Assembly: GCA_000146465.1 (NCBI GenBank)
Contig: CP001946.1
Strand: one strand, 5' to 3'
DNA: 64,000 nt
Below the pieces are notes generated by a model that saw nothing but the letters and a program-made list of their open reading frames with translations, did no database searches and had not been told where the DNA came from. This document shows, in pieces, positions 48,085 through 57,700 of the stretch. Each line of letters starts with the position of its first letter. Position 1 is the first letter of the stretch. The position numbers were made by a program, and so were the translations under genes.

Positions 48085-49443
48085 ATGGAGATCGGGTTAA
48101 TTGGCCTGGGAGTTATGGGGCGAAACCTTGCACTAAACATTGCCGCAAAAGGATACAAGCTCCATGTTTTCAACAGAACATCCTCAAAGACAGATAGCCT
48201 TATCCAGGAAAGACCGGATATCTGCCCTCATTATTCTGTAGAGGATCTGGTTAAAGGGATGAAAAGCTCACCAAAGATCATTCTTTTGATGTTGACCTCT
48301 GGGAAAGTAGTAGACATTTTTCTGGAGGAGCTTGGAAAACACCTGAGCAAAGATGATATTGTAATTGATGGAGGAAACTCCTCGTTCAAGGACACTATCC
48401 GAAGAAACAGCTATGGGTTTGAGTTTGTTGGGTGTGGGATCTCTGGAGGGGAAAAAGGAGCAAGGAATGGAGCGTCCATAATGGTAGGATGTGGCAGAGA
48501 AACCTGGGAGAAGGTTAGGGGGTTTCTCACAGACATTTCGGCAACCAACAGCTCCACGGGAGAGAACTGCTGTGTATGGCTTGGAGAAGATGGGGCTGGG
48601 CACTTTGTTAAAATGATCCACAATGGAATTGAGTATGGAGATATGGCAATAATCTCTGAGACCTACCTTATTCTAAGGTCACTGGGGCTTGATAACAGAG
48701 AGATCTCCTCACTGTTTGACAATTGGGACAAGAAGGAGTCGGAGAGCTATCTCCTCCGGATTTCATGCAGCATCTTAAGAATGAGAAACGAGAAGGGGAG
48801 TGTGATTGATCAGATAATGGATGTCTCTGAGCAGAAGGGGACAGGGAAGGAGACAGTGGTGACTTCTATGGAGATGGGGGTGGCTGTTCCTGCAATAATG
48901 GAGGCTGTTGCATCTCGGATTGTGTCGCATATGAAGGATAAAAGATGTAAACTCTCCTCAAAGCTGGAGAGTATTAAGGGGGAGAAAAGAATATCAAGCG
49001 ATGCTGTGAGAAAAGGATTTTATCTTGCAAGGATAGTTTCATACATCCAAGGGCTTAATCTGCTGATGGAAGGGAAGGAGAAATATGGATGGAAATATAC
49101 AATTAGGGACATTTCCAGGGTTTGGAGCGACGGATGTATTCTCCGGGGAAAGCTTATAAATGCAATTGAAGAGATGGGAAGGGGGCAGGAGGGAGATTTT
49201 GAACTTAGCCCGGGATTTGTGTCCTTGTGCAACAAGAACTTTCCGTATCTGAAGGAGATGGTGTTATACTCGGTCGAGAACGAGGTGGCGGTTCCAACGA
49301 TTGCGTCTTGCTTGATGTACTTGAGCGGAATCAAGGAGAAAGAGGGGGGAGGAAGTATGATCCAGGCGATGAGGGATTATTTTGGGTCGCACATGGTAAC
49401 GATGGAGGGGGAGGCTAAGGCCGAGCACATTGAATGGGCTTAG
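48085..49443 (+). CDS. GND1: 6-phosphogluconate dehydrogenase (decarboxylating)
   Basis: The ORF-track start (48082) is TTG; the ATG is at 48085. MEIGLIGLGVMGRNLALNIA (NADP-binding) and GDGAGHFVKMIHNGIEYGDMA (6PGDH signature). Confidence 0.95.
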   Translation: MEIGLIGLGVMGRNLALNIAAKGYKLHVFNRTSSKTDSLIQERPDICPHYSVEDLVKGMKSSPKIILLMLTSGKVVDIFLEELGKHLSKDDIVIDGGNSSFKDTIRRNSYGFEFVGCGISGGEKGARNGASIMVGCGRETWEKVRGFLTDISATNSSTGENCCVWLGEDGAGHFVKMIHNGIEYGDMAIISETYLILRSLGLDNREISSLFDNWDKKESESYLLRISCSILRMRNEKGSVIDQIMDVSEQKGTGKETVVTSMEMGVAVPAIMEAVASRIVSHMKDKRCKLSSKLESIKGEKRISSDAVRKGFYLARIVSYIQGLNLLMEGKEKYGWKYTIRDISRVWSDGCILRGKLINAIEEMGRGQEGDFELSPGFVSLCNKNFPYLKEMVLYSVENEVAVPTIASCLMYLSGIKEKEGGGSMIQAMRDYFGSHMVTMEGEAKAEHIEWA

Positions 49444-49523
49444 GCGGGGTTATGTTTGATTAAACCTTTGTAAATAGAATTAACAAGAGTTTATAAAGAA
49501 TTGTTAGATCGGTACCCGTGGAA

Positions 49524-50198
49524 ATGGAATGTCCGAAGATTGAATTAGAAACGAATTCAGATGCGTGCAATTGGACTAAAGAGGTTAAAGGAGGACCTCG
49601 GGATGCAGAAAAAGATAGATCAGAACTGCCTCAGATACTGTTTATAACGTCGAGTCTCTATAAGTACAATGCATTTCGGGGGTTTTTAGGAGTTCCTGTG
49701 AAACTGGTCAGCTTAGAGATGGAGGAGATACAGGGGAGCAAGGACGAGATAATCATGGACAAGCTTCAAAAGGTAAGGCATCTTGTCACCAAATCGAACT
49801 TTGTGTTTGTAGATGACACCAGCATCCACATGGATGGACTAGGAGGATTTCCAGGGCAGTATGCAAAGGACTTTCTAAAGATTGGAATTCCAAAAGTATT
49901 GGAGATTGCCTCAAAGGTTGGGGGAGGATGTGTGTACTCTACTATTATTGGAGTGATGCATATGGAGGAAGAGAAGATTGTTAGCAAATTGTTTTCTGGG
50001 GAGGTTACAGGAAGCATCATACAGAGGGAGGGATTTGAGTCCAATGAGTTTAAGGATTTCTTCCTTCCTAAGAAGGAAGAGTGTGAGGGAATTCCAAGCT
50101 CGATAGGAAGGGTTAACATAGGAAGATACAAGGCTGTTGAAAAGGCCAAGAAATATTTAATTGGAATTGGAGTGTATGGGCTGTTGGGTGGAAATTAA
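49524..50198 (+). CDS. HAM1: inosine triphosphate pyrophosphatase (Ham1/ITPase)
   Basis: The ORF-track start (49518) is GTG; the ATG is at 49524. ILFITSS..K, and VFVDDTSIHMDGLGGFPGQYAKDF matching [22 protein letters not shown]. Confidence 0.85.
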   Translation: MECPKIELETNSDACNWTKEVKGGPRDAEKDRSELPQILFITSSLYKYNAFRGFLGVPVKLVSLEMEEIQGSKDEIIMDKLQKVRHLVTKSNFVFVDDTSIHMDGLGGFPGQYAKDFLKIGIPKVLEIASKVGGGCVYSTIIGVMHMEEEKIVSKLFSGEVTGSIIQREGFESNEFKDFFLPKKEECEGIPSSIGRVNIGRYKAVEKAKKYLIGIGVYGLLGGN

Positions 50199-50292
50199 AG
50201 GTATTTTGTTAAGTGTGTCTATTTAGCTGTATAGGCTCTAGTGTGAAGGGAAATGGATTTGGAAAAAGAAGCCCTTAAAGTATTTTTGCAGG

Positions 50293-51111
50293 ATGCTTGA
50301 GGATTTGGATGGGTTTATTTTCAGGCGAAATGGCAGGCAGGGAACTAAGGGACGAAGGCTCTTCTCTGAAGGAAAGGGGGAGTTGGAAGTGGCTCGGGGA
50401 AACACCGATGGGATCTTCAGTTTTAAATTTGTCCGGGAAAAGAAGAGAAAGGTAGACTTGGAGGTAGAGAGCTTAGGGAAGAAGTCCAAGGGAAAAGATG
50501 TGGTATGGACAGAAGAAAAGGGCAAAGAAGGGATGGAGGTATGCGAGGAAGGAGATATATGCAGCAGCATAGTAATTAGGGAAGTGCCAAAGAAGAGAAT
50601 GAGTGTTTCCTCTTTGCATGAAAAACTTGAAGAAGGAGGGACACTAGGGGGCTTAGTTAGATTATGTGTTGAATATGTGCTTGAGAAGAAGAAAACAGGG
50701 TATGGAATGGATTTGGGGAGGAAGCTCCATCAGAACGAAGACTTGATTAAGAAGAGGGATGTTGAAAAGGAAGTCGAAGAGGCAGAGAAAAAGATTGAAT
50801 GGGCTTCCTGCGAAGAGGAGAAATGGAACAGCTTGAGAAATGAGGTGGAGAACTCTAATTTAATCGAGATTCGGGAGCCCAAAAAAAGAGTTCGGGATTT
50901 TGGATATGAAGAGAAGATGGAAGGGGTGCGGCGAGAGTTTTCAGCAAAGATAGAAAGGCTTGAGTTTCTAAAGGAGTCTGCTTTGGCCTGTGTTTCCCGG
51001 ATAAGAGAGCAAAGCGAGGATCTTCTTGGACGGATCTTAAGAATCATGTGTAAAGAAAAAGAAGTGGATACGCTTTTCCTGCTCAAGACCTTATCTAGAA
51101 CAAGCAAGTAA
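50293..51111 (+). CDS. hypothetical Lys/Glu-rich protein, 272 aa
   Basis: Highly charged, low-complexity composition, likely nucleolar or nuclear. No domain recognised. Confidence 0.45.
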   Translation: MLEDLDGFIFRRNGRQGTKGRRLFSEGKGELEVARGNTDGIFSFKFVREKKRKVDLEVESLGKKSKGKDVVWTEEKGKEGMEVCEEGDICSSIVIREVPKKRMSVSSLHEKLEEGGTLGGLVRLCVEYVLEKKKTGYGMDLGRKLHQNEDLIKKRDVEKEVEEAEKKIEWASCEEEKWNSLRNEVENSNLIEIREPKKRVRDFGYEEKMEGVRREFSAKIERLEFLKESALACVSRIREQSEDLLGRILRIMCKEKEVDTLFLLKTLSRTSK

Positions 51112-51227
51112 GAGGTTCTGAGGGAGTGTTTTATAGAATAAAAGTCTTCTGTAGTCTTTTGAGTTTGTCCTTGGAAAAGGCAAAGGAGGGGAGTTTGGCC
51201 GTATGAGATTGGAAGGGGCTGAGGCCA

Positions 51228-51300
51228 GCCGCCATAGCTAAGTGGTTATAGCGCCAGTTTAGTAAACTGGAGGCCCCGAGTTCGAATCTCGGTGGTGGCT
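51228..51300 (+). tRNA. tRNA-Thr (anticodon AGT)
   Basis: Acceptor GCCGCCA/TGGTGGC (one G-U pair), D-arm gcta-agtggtta-tagc, anticodon stem ccagt/actgg with loop ttAGTaa, variable loop aggcc, T-arm ccgag-TTCGAAT-ctcgg. Confidence 0.85.
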
Positions 51301-51309
51301 TTGTTTTTG
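51301..51309 (+). terminator. Pol III T-run terminator downstream of tRNA-Thr
   Basis: ttgtttttg lies immediately 3' of the tRNA. Confidence 0.5.
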
Positions 51310-51368
51310 TATCCCAGGTTCTTCCATTTGGTTTGGCCAACAAAATAATCTGGAAGCCATAGCCCTAA

Positions 51369-51590
51369 ATGTCACAGAAGTCTCAGAGAGCAAGCCTTCT
51401 ATCAGAGTACTGGAGATCCGTCCAGACCTTCTTAAAAAAGTGCATCCGACCTTCAAGAAAGGAATTCTCGGCATCGATGAAGCACCATGCCATTGGAATA
51501 GGCTTTCTCGGGATTTTGGGATATGGAGTAAAGCTAATACACATTCCAATTAATAACATTATTGTGAGTAGTAACCCAAACAAGGAATAA
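51369..51590 (+). CDS. SSS1: Sec61 translocon gamma subunit (Sss1/SecE family), 73 aa
   Basis: FLKKCIRPSRKEFSASMKHHAIGIGFLGILGYGVKLIHIPINNIIV matches Sss1 (FLAKCKKPDLKEYTKIVKAVGIGFIAVGIIGYAIKLIHIPIRYVIV). The ATG is preceded by 'atagccctaa'. Confidence 0.85.
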   Translation: MSQKSQRASLLSEYWRSVQTFLKKCIRPSRKEFSASMKHHAIGIGFLGILGYGVKLIHIPINNIIVSSNPNKE

Positions 51591-51640
51591 AAGATGTGTT
51601 TCAAAGTATTTACTTTCGATTCTAAAGTTACAGCTTTTGG

Positions 51641-52270
51641 CTAGGACTTTGCCGCTCTTCTGAACATAAGAAAAAGAATGAAGAAAAATCCTATTGTCAG
51701 AGAGCTCCTTACAGAAAACTTTCTGACAAATCCGTCTATGACGTCTCCAAAAACCTCAGCTATGATTCGGGTGTACCCCACCGATCCGTATCCATTCTTG
51801 ATCACACATTCCCATTTGTTGCACAACTCTTCTATTGCTGGCACTCTTGTGGCTGGGTCGCATCTATTAATTCGGTAGGCCTCTCTTGCCTCCTCTATCT
51901 GATGCTTTATCTGTGTCCTTCTGTTGGTTATCTTATACCTTATGTCTCTTTGTAATCCTATCAACATGTATAGAACAATGTAGCACACAAATCCTATCAT
52001 AACCAAATTCAATGCCAGATGGAGGTATCCTATTGCCACCATAGGCAGCTGCCCAATACTCGAAGTAGAAGGCCATCTTATCCTCTTCAGAACCGCCTTT
52101 CTTCCAATACTTGAGAGCTTGACAATCTGAGTATGGTCTTCTCCAGCAATAGAGACGTCGATCTTACGTTTCTTCAGTGGCGACAAATGCGAGCACTTTG
52201 GAGTCCTCTGTTTGCTTGAACACTTCCAGTTAAACTCATGCTCCACATCCATAGGCGTCTCTCCTCCCAT
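51641..52270 (-). CDS. hypothetical membrane protein (weak Brr6/Brl1-like features)
   Basis: One strong TM (LALNLVMIGFVCYIVLYMLIGL) followed by a Cys-containing segment (INRCDP...ELCNKWECVIKNG). The functional assignment is speculative. Confidence 0.45.
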   Translation of the reverse strand: MGGETPMDVEHEFNWKCSSKQRTPKCSHLSPLKKRKIDVSIAGEDHTQIVKLSSIGRKAVLKRIRWPSTSSIGQLPMVAIGYLHLALNLVMIGFVCYIVLYMLIGLQRDIRYKITNRRTQIKHQIEEAREAYRINRCDPATRVPAIEELCNKWECVIKNGYGSVGYTRIIAEVFGDVIDGFVRKFSVRSSLTIGFFFILFLMFRRAAKS

Positions 52271-52367
52271 TCGAAGGATTCCAAATTCTGCTTTTTAAAA
52301 CATCGGAAATGGAAGGGACCATCTCATCATCAAGCTCTCAAAGACACTGTTCAATAAACTGGTTTTA

Positions 52368-52850
52368 TTAGAAGATCACTATATGAGGTTCGTAGCCAAC
52401 CTCAATAGGCTGATTGTTTTCAAGAGATATCACCATTTCCTTTCTTGGGCCCTCGATCTTCCTTTTGATTGGTGGAAGCACCATTCCCTTGGATTCGGCC
52501 TCCTTGGTCATCTCGGATATCTCACGGATCCTCTTCTGGCTCTCCTCGCAGCATCTGCTCTTTCTCACATGCTCAACACGTGCAATCACCTTCTTGATCA
52601 CATACTTCCCTCGAACTCTCTTGTAAAGGGCAATACCAACAGATCTGGGCTTTACGTCATAGACACGCCCTGTTCGCCCGTGGTAGTACTTGTGAGGCAT
52701 TCCTTTCATCATGGATGGATTCACCAAAATATCCACCATGTCTCCTATCTCATACTTCTCAAGATACCTTGATACATGTGCAACCCCATGTTTCCTGTGG
52801 TCTTGAGAAAACAGCGACCTGGTTCCTCTTCTGTATCCCTTGCTCCTCAT
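52368..52850 (-). CDS. RPL21: 60S ribosomal protein L21e
   Basis: The ORF-track start (52955) is TTG with a non-homologous 35-aa lead-in. The conserved start is MRSKGYRRGTRSLFSQDHRKHG ([23 protein letters not shown] in human); also GMPHKYYHGRTGRVYDV. Confidence 0.9.
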   Translation of the reverse strand: MRSKGYRRGTRSLFSQDHRKHGVAHVSRYLEKYEIGDMVDILVNPSMMKGMPHKYYHGRTGRVYDVKPRSVGIALYKRVRGKYVIKKVIARVEHVRKSRCCEESQKRIREISEMTKEAESKGMVLPPIKRKIEGPRKEMVISLENNQPIEVGYEPHIVIF

Positions 52851-52951
52851 TTCTAGGGCTGTTTTTGGAGTTTGAAAAATTTGCATCCCATGGGCATGCC
52901 AACCCAGGATTCCAAAGTTTATGACCCCACCAGTTCCAACCATTCTACACT

Positions 52952-53170
52952 TCAAGATGTTTCCTCCACCAGCACTATATCCTCTATAAACTCTCCCCGC
53001 ACAACAGCAGAGCTTTCGACATCATCGGGCTCGGTAATTTCAGACAGTACAATATTCATAAACGCATCGTATCCCGCCAATCGCCCCTTGATTACTTGCC
53101 CTCCTCCAATCCTCACTACAACTCTTTTATGCAGTAGTCCCGTTAGGTTTGGAACAGCTCTCTTTCCCAT
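52952..53170 (-). CDS. Sm-fold protein (SmG/LSm7-type)
   Basis: LLHKRVVVRIGGGQVIKGRLAGYDAFMNIVLSE matches the SmG motif ([28 protein letters not shown]). The ATG is preceded by 'tatccccg'. Confidence 0.8.
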   Translation of the reverse strand: MGKRAVPNLTGLLHKRVVVRIGGGQVIKGRLAGYDAFMNIVLSEITEPDDVESSAVVRGEFIEDIVLVEETS

Positions 53171-53321
53171 CGGGGATAGGAAGACATTTCATTTAACAAT
53201 TGATATGGGCTTCTTGGTTCCAGAATGGCACTCCCGGCCCAGATACACATTCATAATATATTCCAAAGGCACATGCAGGATGTCCGGGCCGATAGAATAG
53301 AACAAAAAATTTTCACCCTGA

Positions 53322-53876
53322 ATGGCAGGCAAGAAGGGCAGCAAGAGAGCAAACACCCCGAGAGACCCGTTTGAAAAGGAAAGACTGATAAGAGAAATCC
53401 AGTTGGTTGGTGTGTATGGCCTGAAGAATAAGCACGAGCTCTGGACGATGGAGAAAATATTTTCAAAGGACAAGGAACGTGCACGTACACTCCTTACATC
53501 GACAAATCCAGAGGACATCCCTATCAATGGAAGGTGTCTTCTCAAGAAGCTGATGAAGTACGGAATACTCAATGGAATCGATCTTTGTGACAAGGAAAGA
53601 GTTATTGATGGTCTGAACAAGGTTCTTGACCTCACAATCAACCATTATCTGGAAAGACGTCTCCAGTTCCGAGTGTTTGCAGCAGGCCTAGCAAGGTCTG
53701 TGCACCACGCAAGAGTTCTTATCAGAGGAAGATGCATCTCAATCAAGGACCAGATTGTCGATGTCCCAGGCTTCATGGTAAGGGCAGATAAAGAGCCGCT
53801 CATCGAATACAACCCATACTCACGCTTTGGAGACAAAGGTAAAAAGAAAGCAGAGGCTACTGTGGAAAGGGGATGA
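53322..53876 (+). CDS. RPS9: 40S ribosomal protein S9 (uS4)
   Basis: [70 protein letters not shown]. The ATG is preceded by 'tttcaccctga'. Confidence 0.95.
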   Translation: MAGKKGSKRANTPRDPFEKERLIREIQLVGVYGLKNKHELWTMEKIFSKDKERARTLLTSTNPEDIPINGRCLLKKLMKYGILNGIDLCDKERVIDGLNKVLDLTINHYLERRLQFRVFAAGLARSVHHARVLIRGRCISIKDQIVDVPGFMVRADKEPLIEYNPYSRFGDKGKKKAEATVERG

Positions 53877-54629
53877 TTATTTAATAAAACTTTTATCCTT
53901 TTGACTTTCTTCCCGGATGCTATCAATGCTTTTCCCATACCACTTGTCCATTGTACAGAATACCCTTTGCTGGACAGATGTTATAACGCTTCTCATGGCC
54001 TTTTCTATCTCTGCAGAAACCCACCCCATCATGTAATTGTTGATCTCCACTGTTAAATGCTTATAGGACACCATCATCGGCATTCCTCTATTCTTGTATG
54101 TTTCTATCCAATTTTCATCCAGCCTTCCACGGCCACTCTCCTCATGGTAATAAACAGAAGGATCAAAGATGGGATTGATTGGAGGGGAGTTTAGATCCAA
54201 TCTGATGCTTTCGACCCCACTGATGCGTGCAGGATCGTACTCAAACGGATTCTCAAGAATCTCTGCTCCATCCTTGTTAACTGTGTTGAAAACCATGTTG
54301 AATGTGTCATTGGAGAAGTATCTATTTCTGTAGAATGTATGGCATTTAGTGTAGGCATTGTATGAGATTTCCTCGACTATGCATGCATCCTCTGGAATAA
54401 GGCTGTGAAGCATACGCGGGAACCGGGATTTTAAGTACATGACTTTATGTGTTTTGCTGACCTTTCCAAGTGTCTCGTGCACAACACTTTCTGCTTTCAG
54501 GATCTCTACCTTCAAGCCCCCGGCATTTTCTGATTCGGTCATTGCTGTGACTGTATAGAAGTGGCCCACTGCATACTCGTCGGTGGTCATCGGAAGAACT
54601 GTTACATATATCTTCTCCACCTTGGCCAT
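53877..54629 (-). CDS. phosphatidylinositol transfer protein (PITP)
   Basis: The start was re-set to the ATG giving MAKVEKIYVTVLPMTTDEYAVGHFYTVTAMTESENAGG (PITP: [26 protein letters not shown]...). C-terminus MMVSYKHLTVEINNYMMGW...QQRVFCTMDKWYG (MCAYKLVTVKFKWWGLQ...HRQLFCWLDKW). Confidence 0.8.
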   Translation of the reverse strand: MAKVEKIYVTVLPMTTDEYAVGHFYTVTAMTESENAGGLKVEILKAESVVHETLGKVSKTHKVMYLKSRFPRMLHSLIPEDACIVEEISYNAYTKCHTFYRNRYFSNDTFNMVFNTVNKDGAEILENPFEYDPARISGVESIRLDLNSPPINPIFDPSVYYHEESGRGRLDENWIETYKNRGMPMMVSYKHLTVEINNYMMGWVSAEIEKAMRSVITSVQQRVFCTMDKWYGKSIDSIREESQKDKSFIK

Positions 54630-54744
54630 TGTGTTCCGGAGTCTCCCTTTATTTATCATAGAAGCATCCAGCAGCATTATGAACTTGACAATTAAAATAA
54701 GCAAAAGGAGGTAGTCAGGATGACGTGAAATAGAAAGTTTTAAT

Positions 54745-57700
54745 CTAGGCGAACATGGCCTTGAACTTGGGCTCGAACATAGAATGGAAGCGCACAATCT
54801 TTGATCTGTCCTCGTCACATAGACCATAGGTGTCGTACAGCTTTATAAGAGACAGAATAACATTGTTAACTACATTCAGCGACTTGAAAAGCTCTCCTGT
54901 TCCAATGCAGTTCTCTTCTGCAATTCGGTTCCAATTTCCGTGGCGGAAGAAGTCTACTAGATATGAGTTCTTTACCTTGTCGAGATTCTTCACACTTAAA
55001 AAGGAGTCGATAATATGAAGGGGTGTATCCGACATCTCCTGCAAAGACTTCAGAATTGGAGAGTATAGCCGGGTGACGCAAGCCTTGGAGATACTGTTGA
55101 TTTTCTTGCAAAACTCGTAAACAGCCGGGTCCAAAGGAGGGAGCGTGCATCCCATATCAAATAGAAGAGGCTTTGTTTCAAAGAAATGTGCCAGTGCATT
55201 CATAAGGGTGGTAGGGTCCAGAGGAAGGACTCTGCTCTCCAGAAGAAGTGCAAACGACAGGATCTCTGGATCAGAGTCCCTGTTTCCTATAACAAGGTCG
55301 CAAAGATAAGACCTTGGGAGGAAGTATGGATTGAGGAGTCTGAGTTGGTAGTCTACAAGCTCGGCTCTCTTTTCCTCGGATTCATATATGTTACTTAGGT
55401 CGTAAGAAGATGAGCTGTTCTCAGATATGGAAAGCTTTCCAATAGACCTTCCAAGCTCGTCTTGATTGCTATAGAGAGTACTCTCGAGCAAAGGATTCTT
55501 TACAAGGGAATCCTTCATATTAAACCCGACAAAGCTTGTGTTTGTGTAGGTGTAAACACCTTTTATGTTCGGCAGGAGAGACACCATGAGGTTCTGCACC
55601 CGTTGCTTTGGTATTCCCATGAACACTACATTTCCTAGAGTGTCAAAACCCCTTCTTCCAGCTCTCCCCGCCATTTGCTTGTAATTCATTGGGTCCAGCT
55701 GCAAGGAGTCCCCGGCAAAAACAACGGTTCTGCAGGGCATGTTAATTCCAAGAGCTAGAGTCTCCGTTGCAAACAGAACTTGCAGGTGCTTCTGCCTGAA
55801 CAGGATTTCAACAAGAGATCTATACTTCCTATTCAGATGTGCATGGTGAACCCCTATTCCGCGATAAAGCATGTCAATAAACTCAAAGTCTGTGTTCTTT
55901 ATGAACTTCGTCTCTTCCGAGATCTCGTAATCAGTCAGCTTTGTAAGAGGATCAAGAAAGGTATATTTGATGTTCTTCTTATCACTCCTCATCTGGAAGC
56001 TCTTCTCTGCTGCAATCGACTCTTCAATCCAGCTTTCCTTTGTCTTCTCCACATCTCTGGTCCTCTTTGCTTCCTTCTTCATCTTTTCTATTAGCTTGTT
56101 CTTCTTCTTTTCCATATCCTGAGACTCTAGCTGCCTGTATACTTTCAGGGCAAGCTTACTAGCAAAGTCCCTGTCTGTGTTAAAGACAATGCATGGAAAC
56201 ATACCCCGCTCCTTAAGCTCCATAAGAAGATCCAGAATGTTTTCAAGAAGATAATCGGTGCTATAGTCCACAACAGTCTCAAAAGCCTTTCTTGCTTCCT
56301 TTGTCTGTAACTTATAAACATACTTCACCTGCTTTTCATTTAGTAGGTCTCCTTCAATCATCTCCTGAAAAGTTTCAAGAAGATACTTTCCATACTCGCG
56401 AACCTCTTTCTTCGTCACTATGTTACTTTTGAAAAAGTTTTCGGGCGTTATTCTGTCTATAAGATGCTCTTGATCCTTACTAAGCACAGCACATATCGAA
56501 TCATATAGATGGAGAAGCTCTTCGGGAAGGAAGCTCATGTCATTTCCAAACCCAAACTTCTTGATATGTGAATACGAATATGCAAACAGATTGTTTATCG
56601 CCACCATCTTGGGCTCAAATCCATGGGAGTAGACATAAGGCTTCAGCTCGCAGTATCTCTCATCATAGGAAACAAGCTCGCATTCCCTTCCCTTTTCTTT
56701 CTCAATCTTCTTCATCCATCCATAAAATCCCTCGATGTTTCCAAGCGTTGCACTAAGAACCAGCATAGGACATGGCGACAGATGAATTATCCTCTCAATC
56801 GGAATCCCCATCTCCTCGCTGCTAATCTTATGCACTTCATCAATAATTATATACCTGACTCTTTCGATAAAGCCCTTCGGGGGTGTGTTCAGCACAGACT
56901 CCAGAAGAGAAGGAATCACTATTAGCACCTGGCAGTTCCAAGGTGCTATTGAAAACTCCTTCATAAGGCTCCCTTGTAAGAAGGTCTTGGAATTCACTTT
57001 CGGAGTAAACCGGGCATAGATGTCTGCAGACACCTGATTGACAAGGGCCTTGGTAGGAAGGCAGAAGATTACCACGTCTGTGTCACTCTCCTTCAGAACC
57101 TTCTCAATTGCGTAGAAGCAGATAAACGTCTTTCCAGCACTTGTCGGTGCAGATATTACTGCACTCTTGTTCTGGTCGACAACATCAAGAAGTCGCACCT
57201 GCCACTCGTCTGGATTGAACAGAACACGTGGATCCTTCTTTGAATTCACACTTCTTTGAAGCTTGTCTCCAGTATGCTTCAGTTGGAAGCAAATGTCAAA
57301 CTCACTAGGCGCACTTGTGTCGTCAGTAAAGAATTCAAGATTCAGGCCTTCCAGGCCATTCTTCTCAACTAGCTCTCTAACAGTGGCCTCAAATCCACAT
57401 CCAATAAGATTCTGGAACACAAACTCCAACTCTGCATCGGGTGCCTGATCCTCCTTCCCGAGCCTTCCAAATTCACGGATGTACTCCATGCAGCTTAGGT
57501 AGCAGGGCACAATGATACCTTCATCACAATCTTCCGATCTCTTCTTAAGATTCCACATGTCTGCATAGAACTCTATCTTCAGGAGAAGAACCCTCCTGTA
57601 GATCCCAGACCCGTCCCGTTTGACGCTTTCCAACAGACTTCTCTTTCCTTGGTAGTCAAGAACCTTGTACTTTCCAAAAAAGTTCCGGAGCCAAGATGCC

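Noticed and set aside
52368-52955. Full 195-aa ORF-track version of RPL21 with a 35-aa N-terminal lead
   Set aside because: The start is TTG. The extra residues (MVGTGGVINFGILGWHAHG...) are not L21e-like, and the conserved N-terminus begins at the internal ATG (52850).
53877-54827. 316-aa ORF-track version of PITP
   Set aside because: The N-terminal 66 aa (MVYVTRTDQRLCASILCSSPSS...) are not PITP-like. PITP homology begins at MAKVEKIYVTVLP, which starts at an ATG (54629), giving a normal 251-aa PITP.
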